From an uncultured delta proteobacterium (GTDB lineage: Bacteria; Desulfobacterota; WTBG01), in the NCBI GenBank assembly GCA_963752035.1, contig CAVVWZ010000065.1, positions 7,817 to 71,816 on the forward strand: DNA of 64,000 bases, in the 5' to 3' direction. Positions 11,241 through 20,774 of this stretch are shown here, in pieces (position 1 is the stretch's first letter; each line of letters begins with the position of its first letter). A model generated the notes under the pieces. That model had not been told where the DNA came from, did no database searches, and worked only from the letters and a program-made list of their open reading frames with translations. The position numbers were made by a program, and so were the translations under genes.

Positions 11241-11936
11241 TTAAGAAAAAAACACCTTGCAAAGGATTTTTACTCCTGCCTTTATGGTACCCGACAGGGT
11301 GCCGGTAACCTTTGACTTCCCTATCCGTTTTCGGTAGTTAACCGGTATCTCGGCAATGGTTAGCCTATTTTTTATCGCTTTAATCTGCATTTCTACCGTC
11401 CATCCATAATTTTTATCCCGCATGTCAAGTTTCTGAAGTTGATGAGCCCGTATTGCCCTAAAAGGTCCTAGATCAGTATAGTGATAGTGGTAGATGATGT
11501 TAATCAACCAGGTGGTTAATCTGTTTCCCCAGTATGCCTGGGGAAGGAGCGCTTTTCTTCCGTTATGATGAGCCATCCTTGACCCAAGGACAAGGTCAGC
11601 TTCTCCCTTGAGGATAGGTGTAATGATTTTGTTCATCTCATCGGGGTAATCACTGTAATCACCATCAAGAAACACGATAACATCAGGATTATCAGCGGAT
11701 GCAATCCCCTTCAAACAGGCGGCACCGTATCCTCTCACTTCCTCTTTCACTACACGGGCACCTGCCTCTTGAGCAACCGTTATTGTGTTGTCAGTAGAAC
11801 CATTATCGACGACTATTATCTCATCGGGCAGGTCCTTGGGGATATCCCTGATGACGAGACCGATGGAGTCCTGTTCATTGAGCACAGGTATGATTACAGA
11901 AACTTTTAAGGTATTCTTTTGCATTGGCCAATACAC
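11241..11936 (-). CDS. family-2 glycosyltransferase (dolichyl-phosphate sugar transferase-like)
   Basis: 231 aa; VSVIIPVLNE...VVDNGSTD...FLDGDYSD (DxD) motifs. Confidence 0.8.
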   Translation of the reverse strand: MYWPMQKNTLKVSVIIPVLNEQDSIGLVIRDIPKDLPDEIIVVDNGSTDNTITVAQEAGARVVKEEVRGYGAACLKGIASADNPDVIVFLDGDYSDYPDEMNKIITPILKGEADLVLGSRMAHHNGRKALLPQAYWGNRLTTWLINIIYHYHYTDLGPFRAIRAHQLQKLDMRDKNYGWTVEMQIKAIKNRLTIAEIPVNYRKRIGKSKVTGTLSGTIKAGVKILCKVFFS

Positions 11937-13307
11937 TTAACGTTTTGAATGCACCAATCGCTGGCTTCTTTTCCTGAATCCTTGTATTCCATCAAACAGT
12001 AACAGGCCATAAAAGGGAACATATTCAAGAGTAACGACCAGCAGGTTTTCTTCCCACACCCCCGACGCTACATATCCTTTAAGTACCCAGTATGAAAGAA
12101 ATACAGAACCAGTAAGAAGAATCCAGGCCCTGTTTGGATAGATGACTAAAAACGGAACAATCCAGCAGACATACCAGGGATGTAAGACAGGCGTTACCAG
12201 TAAAAGGAGCCCAAGCACTATGAAGCCAATGAAATAGATTGACTGCTTATCTGTATCTAGATGCCTTTTTCTATACCAGAAAAAAAGTACACCTATGGTA
12301 AGCACTAGGAGGATGGCAGACATCCCCCGGGCGGTGGCCGGAGAAGGAAGGATCCAGATAAACAGAGAATATAGGGACCCGTTGAAAACCCACTCGTTTG
12401 AATAGATTATCAAGGACTGGAAAAGTTTTCTGCCCGCACCGAGAAATGGCAGGTAAGCCACACAGATGACAATTACAAAGAGTAAGGTGCTAAGAACCTT
12501 TTTCTTTTGCAGTATAAAAGGGAGGAAAATGAGTGGTAGCAATTTTCCAAGAAATGAAAGTGCCAGGGAAAGAATTGATGAAAAATTTTTTTCTTTTATG
12601 AAGAGATAGAAAGAAAGCATCAAAAAGAAAATTGCTGCACTGTCGAGATGTCCACTTCCCGCAAACTCCATGATGATAAGGGGATTCCACGCATAAATAA
12701 TAATCCGGTTAAGGTCTGTTTTTAGTGTAAACAGGGTAAGCATCAGCACAACCATAGTGAGCAGATCAAAGATAACGAAGGTCAGTTTCATCATTTTGAT
12801 GGACGGATGCAGCTGTGTGCTGACACTGAACATGAATTGATTCAAGGGTGGATAAATGGTGACAAAGTTCTTGTGGTTGATCTGAGGAAAGATTTCCTGG
12901 TCCCTCATATGCTCAAGCTGAGGGGCATCGGGCGCATACTCGAAAGGATTAATGCCCATTGAAACAAGTCTTCCTTCCCAGATGTAACGGTAGATGTCAT
13001 CAGAAAGGGTCGGGGGACTAAGCCAGAGTACTATACGGAAACAAACGGCAAAGAAGACGATTGTCGTAATCACCGCCCTTTTGTTTGAAAATGGATCACT
13101 TTTTTTTCTGTCTGCATCTGTTTCTTGTGGTTGTGGTTGACAAGTTTTCAGGAGAAAAAGCGATGCCCCATAGAGAAGAAAGTTGAGGAAGAAAGCCACT
13201 TCACAGGCAACGATGGCAACCCTCAGATTACCCAGCGAGAGCAAAAGCAGATAACCGAGCACCTGACCTAATCCCAGCACTACCAGTATAACGAGTTTTG
13301 ATTTCAC
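11937..13307 (-). CDS. polytopic membrane protein, GT-C/DUF2029-like glycosyltransferase candidate
   Basis: 456 aa, about 11 hydrophobic segments, directly adjacent and co-oriented with GT2. Confidence 0.45.
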   Translation of the reverse strand: MKSKLVILVVLGLGQVLGYLLLLSLGNLRVAIVACEVAFFLNFLLYGASLFLLKTCQPQPQETDADRKKSDPFSNKRAVITTIVFFAVCFRIVLWLSPPTLSDDIYRYIWEGRLVSMGINPFEYAPDAPQLEHMRDQEIFPQINHKNFVTIYPPLNQFMFSVSTQLHPSIKMMKLTFVIFDLLTMVVLMLTLFTLKTDLNRIIIYAWNPLIIMEFAGSGHLDSAAIFFLMLSFYLFIKEKNFSSILSLALSFLGKLLPLIFLPFILQKKKVLSTLLFVIVICVAYLPFLGAGRKLFQSLIIYSNEWVFNGSLYSLFIWILPSPATARGMSAILLVLTIGVLFFWYRKRHLDTDKQSIYFIGFIVLGLLLLVTPVLHPWYVCWIVPFLVIYPNRAWILLTGSVFLSYWVLKGYVASGVWEENLLVVTLEYVPFYGLLLFDGIQGFRKRSQRLVHSKR

Positions 13308-13525
13308 TTTGTGACCGTTTATGTAAAGTAATTTTTCTTGTTAAAGAGTCCGACACTCAGGATGACAATATCACAGGATTCTGTCAAATAGATTTAATCT
13401 ATGCCTTCCCTCTTGAGTATTGATATTATCTATTTGCTATAATGCTATATCCTATAGTAAAAGTAACAGCTTAAAAAGGAGAGTAATGTTCATCAGAAAC
13501 CAATGGATAGGGAGGAAAATGTCTT

Positions 13526-15349
13526 ATGGGTAAAGCATTGAAAGGATCATCGCGAACTATGATTATTTGTCTTTTCATTGTTATGTCTTTTCTTATTAAG
13601 GGGTGCATGCTTACCGATCCATTCCTCGGGCTTCTTATCTCAGGGGAAGACCTTGAAGCAAACCTCGACACAGCAGGTTTAACCATCATTGATGCCCGCA
13701 CAGCCGGTTACGGGGATGGACATATACCGGGAGCGATAAACCTGCTCTTCAATGACCCCGATTATGTTGATGATGCCATGAAGATTAAACCGGTGGCTGA
13801 TCTGGAGGATGCATTAAGTGAAGCTGGACTCACGAGGGACATGATATTCGTAATATACGACGACACCACTGCGTCTTTCGGTGCAGCGGGACGCATTTTC
13901 TGGATGCTTGAGTACCTGGGGTGTTCCAACGTACACGTTTTAAATGGTGGTTGGGACAAGTGGAGTGCAGACGGGAGGCACATTGAGACCACACCCAATA
14001 CACTTCCTGCTGCTAGGTTCACTGCTAATGTGCAAAAAAACACCCTCATGGAAAAGGACTACCTGGAAGACAGGCTGGGTGATGATGATTTTGTAGTTGT
14101 AGATTCCCGCACTGACGAGGAATACAACGGCTGGACTCTCTATGGTGAGTCACGTGGGGGGCACATTACCGGTGCCATACAGATACCCTACGAGTGGTTT
14201 TTTAAAGAAGATAAAACTATTTTAGATTACCCTGACCTGAAGGAACTGTTTGAATCACGGGGCATAACCACTGACAAGGAAGTCACCTCTTACTGTACGG
14301 TCGGCATTCGCAGCGGGTTTATCTATTTTGTACTGCGAACCCTGGGCTATCCCCGGGCATCAAACTATGATGGTTCGATAGCTGAGTGGAGTGCTGATTC
14401 TTCTTTGCCAATGAATAAGATGCCCAATTATCATGCATTAGTTTACCCGGATTGGGTTGATAGTCTGATAAATGGAGAGGATCCCCCGACCTATCCGGGC
14501 AACGGTTATGTCATCCTTTACACATCCTATGAACCTCGATATTCAGAAAACCGGACAGACTATGTGGGAACAGTTTATGAAACCGGACATATTCCAGGTG
14601 CTATTTTTATGGATATCTATTCGCTCGAAAATGGTCCGAATTCAGAGTACGGAGAGGGATATGAGTTGCCTGAAGAAGGAAACGTAAAACCCATCGCAGA
14701 ACTCCAGGAGTTCCTCGGCAGTTTGGGTATATCAAAAGACATGACGGTCGTGGTTTATGCAAATGACGATATTACAATGATGACTGCCGGACGTACGGCA
14801 TGGGCACTACTGCTTGCCGGGGTTGATGACGTACGAATTCTTAACGGAAACTATGCAGCGTGGGTTGCTTACGGCGGGGACATCGAAACCACACCGAACA
14901 CATTGGCTTCTGTGAACTTCGGCGATGACCCGGGTAATTCCCAGTATCTTGCAACGACGAATGATCTATTGGCTGTGGTCAATGGCATAAACACTAGTGC
15001 CGTTATTGCGGATGACCGTTCATGGGAAGAATACGTCGGCGATTCGAACTCATATTATCACTATTTTAATGAACTGGGGCGCATAGAAACTGCCCGCTGG
15101 ATCGGAGATTGGTGGGCACTGACAAGAGATGACTTCCAATCCTTGAAGAGCTATACGGAGGTTGAACAGGATTGGATTAACGATGGATTTACATCAGACC
15201 AACAAATTTATTTCTATTGCGGAACGGGTTGGCGATCCGGTTTATATACATTTTATGCCTACCTGATTGGTTGGACTGCTGCCAATTACGATGGTGGATG
15301 GTTTGAATGGTCAATTTATGATAATCCCAGAGAGACCGGCTTACCCTAA
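13526..15349 (+). CDS. secreted tandem-rhodanese sulfurtransferase (four rhodanese domains: inactive-active-inactive-active)
   Basis: Signal/lipobox-like N-terminus; domains 2 and 4 carry catalytic Cys loops (CTVGIRSG, CGTGWRSG); domains 1 and 3 have Asp at that position. Confidence 0.75.
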   Translation: MGKALKGSSRTMIICLFIVMSFLIKGCMLTDPFLGLLISGEDLEANLDTAGLTIIDARTAGYGDGHIPGAINLLFNDPDYVDDAMKIKPVADLEDALSEAGLTRDMIFVIYDDTTASFGAAGRIFWMLEYLGCSNVHVLNGGWDKWSADGRHIETTPNTLPAARFTANVQKNTLMEKDYLEDRLGDDDFVVVDSRTDEEYNGWTLYGESRGGHITGAIQIPYEWFFKEDKTILDYPDLKELFESRGITTDKEVTSYCTVGIRSGFIYFVLRTLGYPRASNYDGSIAEWSADSSLPMNKMPNYHALVYPDWVDSLINGEDPPTYPGNGYVILYTSYEPRYSENRTDYVGTVYETGHIPGAIFMDIYSLENGPNSEYGEGYELPEEGNVKPIAELQEFLGSLGISKDMTVVVYANDDITMMTAGRTAWALLLAGVDDVRILNGNYAAWVAYGGDIETTPNTLASVNFGDDPGNSQYLATTNDLLAVVNGINTSAVIADDRSWEEYVGDSNSYYHYFNELGRIETARWIGDWWALTRDDFQSLKSYTEVEQDWINDGFTSDQQIYFYCGTGWRSGLYTFYAYLIGWTAANYDGGWFEWSIYDNPRETGLP

Positions 15350-15434
15350 AAAACGTATAACATATCGGCATACCACCTCCCTCCTGAATGTGGATTTGGG
15401 CTTGTCTAAGGGTTATATGTTGATGTTACTTAAC

Positions 15435-15470
15435 CAAGATACCGCTCTTTGGAGCGGTATCTTGCTACTT
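15435..15470 (+). terminator. terminator-like perfect hairpin after rhodanese gene
   Basis: CAAGATACCGCTC-TTTG-GAGCGGTATCTTG (13-bp stem) followed by CTACTTT. Confidence 0.4.
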
Positions 15471-15527
15471 TAATATGAGGTAAGATGTTCCCAACAACTA
15501 TTTAAAAACCTTGAAGGAGAGGTTCCG

Positions 15528-15992
15528 GTGAATACTGTTAAAATAAAACGCCAGCTTTGCACGCTACTGGTGACTTGTTTCTTTCTGCACTTTAGCTGCA
15601 GGGGAGGCTGGGCAGAAACAGTTGACGAGCTATTCAATGTCCGTGTGGTGCTCCCCGGTGCCACAGAGGTCATTGATGTGGTCCAGACCGCATTCTTTCC
15701 TCTTTGCCCCCAGTTTTTTATTATCCTGGGGGGTACAGGCAGCCTCGGTATCTCGCTCAAAAATGATGCTTCCGATTCCAAAGAAACAATTTTCATGTTG
15801 GGCCTTGCAGTTTCTTCGGCAGGAAATTTCCCTATCTACAGACTGGGAAACTCCAAAGGCATGATCAGTCAGATAGTCAATATAGGAACCAGCCGTTCTC
15901 CCTACGGATATGTTTGGCTCTACTGTGGTGTAGCAATAGCTGACAAAAATCCTCTCTACCTCTACGAACTGAGGATTTCCTTTGTTCCTTGA
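15528..15992 (+). CDS. hypothetical secreted protein
   Basis: GTG start 7 nt after AAGGAG; hydrophobic N-terminus; overlapping antisense ORF 15630-16106 judged less likely. Confidence 0.4.
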   Translation: MNTVKIKRQLCTLLVTCFFLHFSCRGGWAETVDELFNVRVVLPGATEVIDVVQTAFFPLCPQFFIILGGTGSLGISLKNDASDSKETIFMLGLAVSSAGNFPIYRLGNSKGMISQIVNIGTSRSPYGYVWLYCGVAIADKNPLYLYELRISFVP

Positions 15993-16018
15993 AGGAACTG
16001 CGGTGAGGGACCTACGAA

Positions 16019-16960
16019 ATGCACTGGCGTCGTAATAGTTTAATAACCATCTTCTTGCTAGCTGTTTTTTCTTCATCTGCCTGGGGTGGTGCCTGGTGCA
16101 TGCCAAAGGGCAGTCTCTACAGTAAGCTTTCCTACAACTACTATTTTACCGTGGATACCTTTGATGAAGATGGTCACAAAAGAAGAAATCCCAATGGATC
16201 CAGTTTCCGTGATGAAAACATAACCTGGTACAATGAGTACGGTTTGTTAGATAACCTTACCCTGTTCGCCTCCGTACCCTACAAGTGGCTCAAATCCCGT
16301 TATAAATTTACCGAGGGGAGTGATCTCAAAAGCAAAACCTTCACCTATGACGGTCTCGGAGATGTTGACCTAGGGATAAGATACGGATTGCTCAAAGAGC
16401 CGGTAGTTCTTTCCCTCCAGTTTTTAACCAAAGTTGCCTGGTTTTATGACAGCGATGAAGAGGTGCCCCCCGGTAATAACCAGACTGACTATGAACTCAA
16501 GGTTCTGATGGGAAAGTCCCTCTGGCCTTTTCCGGGTTACTGCGGTCTTGAAATGGGATACCGGTGGAGAACCGGTTCTCCCTCTGACGAGTATCGATAC
16601 TTGTTAGAGTTCGGTATGGACCTCATAAAAAAATTCTCATGCCGGATTAAACTTGACGGTATAGCGAGTGTAAAAAACGGCAACATCCCCAAACAAAAAC
16701 CCGAGGTCAACGCTTATATTGATTATGACACGGGACAGTTGATAAAAACTGTTTCAGAACCATCGTGGTCAGGGTCAGCATTCACCAACCCGTCGCTGGG
16801 CTACGAATATGATCTGGGGAAATTGGAGTTTACCTTGGGGTATGCCTGCACCAAAAGCTGGGCATTTGAATTTACCTACACCAATTACCCCTACGGGGAA
16901 AGTATCGCAGCAGGAGACCAGTACTCCTTTGGGGTTGTGTATTACTTTTCCCGGAAGTAA
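16019..16960 (+). CDS. outer-membrane beta-barrel protein (MetA-pathway/transporter-like OMP), possible exopolysaccharide porin
   Basis: Signal peptide, alternating aromatic/hydrophilic beta-strand pattern, aromatic-rich C-terminus. Confidence 0.5.
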   Translation: MHWRRNSLITIFLLAVFSSSAWGGAWCMPKGSLYSKLSYNYYFTVDTFDEDGHKRRNPNGSSFRDENITWYNEYGLLDNLTLFASVPYKWLKSRYKFTEGSDLKSKTFTYDGLGDVDLGIRYGLLKEPVVLSLQFLTKVAWFYDSDEEVPPGNNQTDYELKVLMGKSLWPFPGYCGLEMGYRWRTGSPSDEYRYLLEFGMDLIKKFSCRIKLDGIASVKNGNIPKQKPEVNAYIDYDTGQLIKTVSEPSWSGSAFTNPSLGYEYDLGKLEFTLGYACTKSWAFEFTYTNYPYGESIAAGDQYSFGVVYYFSRK

Positions 16961-17007
16961 GTTCAATGGAACCCTATCAGTGGGAGATGATGAGGTAAAT
17001 TTTTTCT

Positions 17008-18540
17008 ATGTTAGTCTGTTACAGTGTTATTGTTAGCTACCTGGCTATTCTCACCCTTTTGTTGGTGTACTGCATTCACCGGTACTACATTCTCTTCACC
17101 TACTTCAGGTATAAAGGTCATCCCTTTCCCTTTAAGCCACCCCAGGAAAAACTTCCTTCTATAACTGTTCAACTGCCTGTGTATAACGAGATGTATGTGA
17201 TTCGCCGACTGCTCGATGCTGTGGCGCGGCTGGATTATCCAAAAGAGCTCATTGAGATCCAGGTGCTGGATGACTCTACCGATGAAACCTCCCGTATTGC
17301 CCGGGGACACATTGCAAAGCTCAGGGCCGAGGGACACGCCATTTCCTATCTACACCGTGATAAACGTGATGGGTATAAGGCCGGTGCACTCCAGGAAGGT
17401 CTCGTGCAGGGCAAGGGAGAACTCATCGCCATCTTTGATGCCGACTTTGTTCCCCAGAGAGATTTCCTGCAAAAAATGGTTGGGTACTTTTCAGATGACC
17501 GGGTGGGGATGGTGCAAAGCAGGTGGGGGCACATCAACCGTACCTATTCACTCCTCACCCAGCTCCAGTCACTCTTCCTTGATGCACACTTTATTCTGGA
17601 GCACACCGCACGAAACCGTTCAGGACGATTTTTCAATTTCAACGGGACCGCCGGTATCTGGAGGAAAGCATGCATCCTTTCAGCAGGTGGCTGGCAGCAG
17701 GATACACTCACGGAAGACTTGGACCTAAGTTACCGGGCACAGCTCAAGGGGTGGAAGTTTATCTTCGTACCTGAAGTAGTTGCCCCCGCGGAAGTACCCG
17801 TAGATATGGATTCTTTTAAAACCCAGCAACACCGCTGGGCTAAGGGAAGTATTCAGACCGCACAAAAGTTGTTATCAGAGATTCTGAGTTCCACACAGCC
17901 CATAAAAGTGAAACTGGAGTCCTTCTACCACCTCACCAGTAATTTCAACTACCTTTTAATCTTCCTGCTTTCAGTGCTTACCTATCCCGCACTGGTAATC
18001 CGAATTGAGATGGGGTGGCGCAATCTTCTTCTCTTCGATCTCTTGTTTTTTCTTGGTGCAACCCTTCCCGTTGGTCTCTACTATATTGTTGCCCAGAAAG
18101 AGGTAAACGAACCGTATCTTCAGAAGATATTTTACCTGCCCTTTCTCATGGCCTTTGGGATAGGTCTCTGTGTTAACAACGGCAAGGCTGCTTTAGAAGC
18201 TCTCATTGGCTATAAAACACCATTTTTAAGGACACCAAAATTTCAGATTGAGGCTGCAACAGACACCTGGAGACACAAAAAATACAGGGCTTATGCAAGA
18301 ACCATCACAACTGTCATTGAGCTGGCACTTGCAGTCAATTTTGTCTTTGCAATCCTCTTTGCTATACGGTTTGATGTGTATGCATCTATTCCCTTTTTAA
18401 TGTTGTTCTGTGGAGGCTTTTTCTATGTCTCCCTGCTATCAATCTTTCAAAAAGTGAGTGTAGTACAACTGAGGGAATTTTCTTTAAAAAAACAACTGCA
18501 GCGGTTATGGAAATACCTTCCAATGTTTGTAAAGAGTTAA
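17008..18540 (+). CDS. processive family-2 glycosyltransferase (cellulose-synthase-like; D,D,D,QxxRW)
   Basis: 510 aa; N-terminal TM, VQLPVYNE, VLDDSTD, FDADF, TEDLDLS, QQHRWAKG, then C-terminal TM bundle. Confidence 0.8.
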   Translation: MLVCYSVIVSYLAILTLLLVYCIHRYYILFTYFRYKGHPFPFKPPQEKLPSITVQLPVYNEMYVIRRLLDAVARLDYPKELIEIQVLDDSTDETSRIARGHIAKLRAEGHAISYLHRDKRDGYKAGALQEGLVQGKGELIAIFDADFVPQRDFLQKMVGYFSDDRVGMVQSRWGHINRTYSLLTQLQSLFLDAHFILEHTARNRSGRFFNFNGTAGIWRKACILSAGGWQQDTLTEDLDLSYRAQLKGWKFIFVPEVVAPAEVPVDMDSFKTQQHRWAKGSIQTAQKLLSEILSSTQPIKVKLESFYHLTSNFNYLLIFLLSVLTYPALVIRIEMGWRNLLLFDLLFFLGATLPVGLYYIVAQKEVNEPYLQKIFYLPFLMAFGIGLCVNNGKAALEALIGYKTPFLRTPKFQIEAATDTWRHKKYRAYARTITTVIELALAVNFVFAILFAIRFDVYASIPFLMLFCGGFFYVSLLSIFQKVSVVQLREFSLKKQLQRLWKYLPMFVKS

Positions 18541-18543
18541 ACA

Positions 18544-19536
18544 ATGAGTAATGAACAGTTAGTTTACTCACCCACTATTTCCAGGAACGGTGGCAAAATG
18601 GTGAAGACACTTGCCTTGATTAGCCTGGTGTTGTTTGCTGCCATTGAAATCTATTTTTTTAAGATTAACTATCATCCTGTCGGGTACGCAGCATCAGGCC
18701 TGCTCATAGTTTTTGGCATCTGGAGAATCCTTACGGAGAAAGACCGCTTTCAAAAGATACGAATCATTACCATCGTATCGCTCTTTGTCCTTTTCTGGTT
18801 AATCATACCGGTAGTCTTCAAGGTAAAGGTTCCCATTCTTGGCGGGCAGTGGGGATCATTTCCCCAAATGCATACCGTGGGCTCGCTGATATTCTTCATA
18901 TACTTCGGCATTGTCCTCCTCTTTGGACGACGGGCCGATTGTGGCTGGTGCTGTCCCTGCGTTACGGCCCGTGAGACTATAGGCTACCCCTTTAGAGACA
19001 AAACAGTAAAAAACACGTGGTGGTGGCACCTCCGGCACCTCAAGTGGTTTACCCTTGCCTTCCTCATCTTTTATCTCATACTCATGATCATCGATGCCAG
19101 TACAGCTTACAACCGTGCAGGCAAATATTTTTACAACTTTGTGACCTATACCTACTATGGCAGTTTTCTTCTCATCCCCTTAACCGGGAACAGAAATTTC
19201 TGCCGTATTCTCTGTCCCTTTGCCGCCCTCTGGGGCGTTTTAAGCGTATCAGGGTTCTACAGGATCAAAGCTAACCAGGAGGACTGCACTGCATGCAAAA
19301 AATGTGAGGAAGTCTGTGACATGGGCATACCCATTTCCAGACTGGTGAGAGAAAAAGGGCAGATTCGATCTTTAGAGTGTATGGGCTGTGGCAGATGCGT
19401 AAACATCTGCCCGAAGAACGTACTTTCTTTTTATAGTGCTGCAGGTTATATAAAAGACAAGTTGCCAGGAAAGCAGACTGGAGAAAATGTCAAGTTTCAT
19501 GTAAAAAAAAGGATCTCCTCTAATGATACACTGTAA
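18544..19536 (+). CDS. membrane-bound polyferredoxin (CcoG/RdxA/NapH-like; CGWCCPC plus two 4Fe-4S Cx2Cx2Cx3CP motifs)
   Basis: Multiple TM segments; CTACKKCEEVCDMG and CMGCGRCVNICP ferredoxin motifs; true start may be M at 18598. Confidence 0.6.
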   Translation: MSNEQLVYSPTISRNGGKMVKTLALISLVLFAAIEIYFFKINYHPVGYAASGLLIVFGIWRILTEKDRFQKIRIITIVSLFVLFWLIIPVVFKVKVPILGGQWGSFPQMHTVGSLIFFIYFGIVLLFGRRADCGWCCPCVTARETIGYPFRDKTVKNTWWWHLRHLKWFTLAFLIFYLILMIIDASTAYNRAGKYFYNFVTYTYYGSFLLIPLTGNRNFCRILCPFAALWGVLSVSGFYRIKANQEDCTACKKCEEVCDMGIPISRLVREKGQIRSLECMGCGRCVNICPKNVLSFYSAAGYIKDKLPGKQTGENVKFHVKKRISSNDTL

Positions 19537-19582
19537 AAGAAAAAAGATATGATAATAACTTTAAACCTCGTGGGAGGATATC

Positions 19583-20185
19583 ATGGAAAAAGTTGAGGTG
19601 AATGCGAAGGGCTTAGCCTGTCCTCAACCGGTGGTGTTGACAAAAAATGCGCTGGGTGAAATTGAAGAAGGTAAAGTGGTTGTGACCGTTGACAGTGAAC
19701 TGGCACGGGACAATGTCAAGCGAATGGCAGAAAGCGAAGGATGCAGTGTTTTAATAGAGGACCAGGGAGATGATGTATATTCACTACACCTTACAAAAGT
19801 GGGCTCATCAACGGCTTCTCAAGTATTAGCAACAGAAAAGAAGCTTACTCAGGAACCTTTAGTCTACCTATTTGATGCTGACTTTATTGGAGGCAATCGT
19901 GAATTAGGGAAAGTCCTGGTTAATGGTTTTTTGAACGCTATTCCTTCTCTCCCCAAAAGAAAAAGCACCATAATATTAATCAGTAACGGTGTTAAACTCG
20001 CAACTTCTGGTTCTTATGTGCTGGATACCCTTAAGAAGTTTGAGCAGAAGGGCTTTACCGTATTGATCTGCGGCACCTGTCTTGACTTCTTTAAAATAAG
20101 AGAGAAGGTCGAGGTAGGCACCATTTCTAATGCCCTGGAAATAATGGAAGCGTTAACCAATGCAGCAAAGGTTGTCAAATTTTAG
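19583..20185 (+). CDS. yedF: YedF-like protein: TusA-like (CPxP) N-domain fused to DsrE/DsrF-like C-domain
   Basis: GLACPQPVVLTK TusA motif; C-terminal LICGTCLD DsrE-like region; about 200 aa as in YedF family. Confidence 0.7.
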   Translation: MEKVEVNAKGLACPQPVVLTKNALGEIEEGKVVVTVDSELARDNVKRMAESEGCSVLIEDQGDDVYSLHLTKVGSSTASQVLATEKKLTQEPLVYLFDADFIGGNRELGKVLVNGFLNAIPSLPKRKSTIILISNGVKLATSGSYVLDTLKKFEQKGFTVLICGTCLDFFKIREKVEVGTISNALEIMEALTNAAKVVKF

Positions 20186-20272
20186 TTGCTGCAATCTTGT
20201 TGCTAAATGTCTTGTGGCTATCTCAAAAGGAAATAATGATTAATCGACTACTAGATATTGGGGTATCTATTT

Positions 20273-20330
20273 TTAGCAAAAAACTTTACCATCCTTGCAA
20301 TTATCAGAGGTCATGCTCGGGAGGATTTTA
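20273..20330 (+). repeat. about 55-bp direct repeat, copy 1 (AAAAAACTTTACCATCCTTGCAATTATCAGAGGTCATGCTCGGGAGG)
   Basis: About 85 percent identical to copy at 23008-23075; both lie just 3' of plus-strand gene ends. Confidence 0.5.
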
Positions 20331-20377
20331 GTTTAACATCGATTTGGAATCATCATTTTTTTCGGCCTTCAAATAGT

Positions 20378-20490
20378 TGGCACAGATGGTGAGACTGTCG
20401 AAAAACCCCAAAACCTACATTTTACACTTTGTAACTCTCTGATTTGACTACACTTAAAATTCACAAAAATGCAAATTTGGACTTTTTCGA
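20378..20490. repeat. inverted-repeat element: perfect 15-bp arms GAGACTGTCGAAAAA / TTTTTCGACAGTCTC separated by about 78 nt
   Basis: Direct reading of sequence; AT-rich spacer. Confidence 0.5.
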
Positions 20491-20774
20491 CAGTCTCGGT
20501 AGTATGTTAGTTTTTTTCGAGGGTAAATCAAGCCACAAGATGTATGTTTAGAATAGCAGAAAAGACAGGTGAAATGCAATGGCCTGAAATAATTACATAT
20601 GAGCCATGAACTTTCGGTTTTTAGCGATTAAATGGTATCTTTTACCTGTCCAATTTTAGATTGACGGTCAGGATGAATTTTACTATGGTATTTCAATTAC
20701 TAGGATGTCTTCTTATGGATTGGTTAGGGAAACAAAGAAAGAAACTGGGATAAACACGTAAGGAGGGAAAGGGG

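Noticed and set aside
11044-11244. 66-aa plus-strand ORF in the recJ / GT2 intergenic region, and 22155-22385 minus-strand ORF
   Set aside because: No RBS, TTG or weak start, no recognisable features; probably chance ORFs in promoter DNA.
15630-16106. 158-aa minus-strand ORF overlapping the 15528-15992 plus-strand ORF
   Set aside because: The plus-strand ORF has a canonical AAGGAG-7nt-GTG start and a signal-peptide-like N-terminus and fits the co-oriented cluster; the minus ORF has neither.
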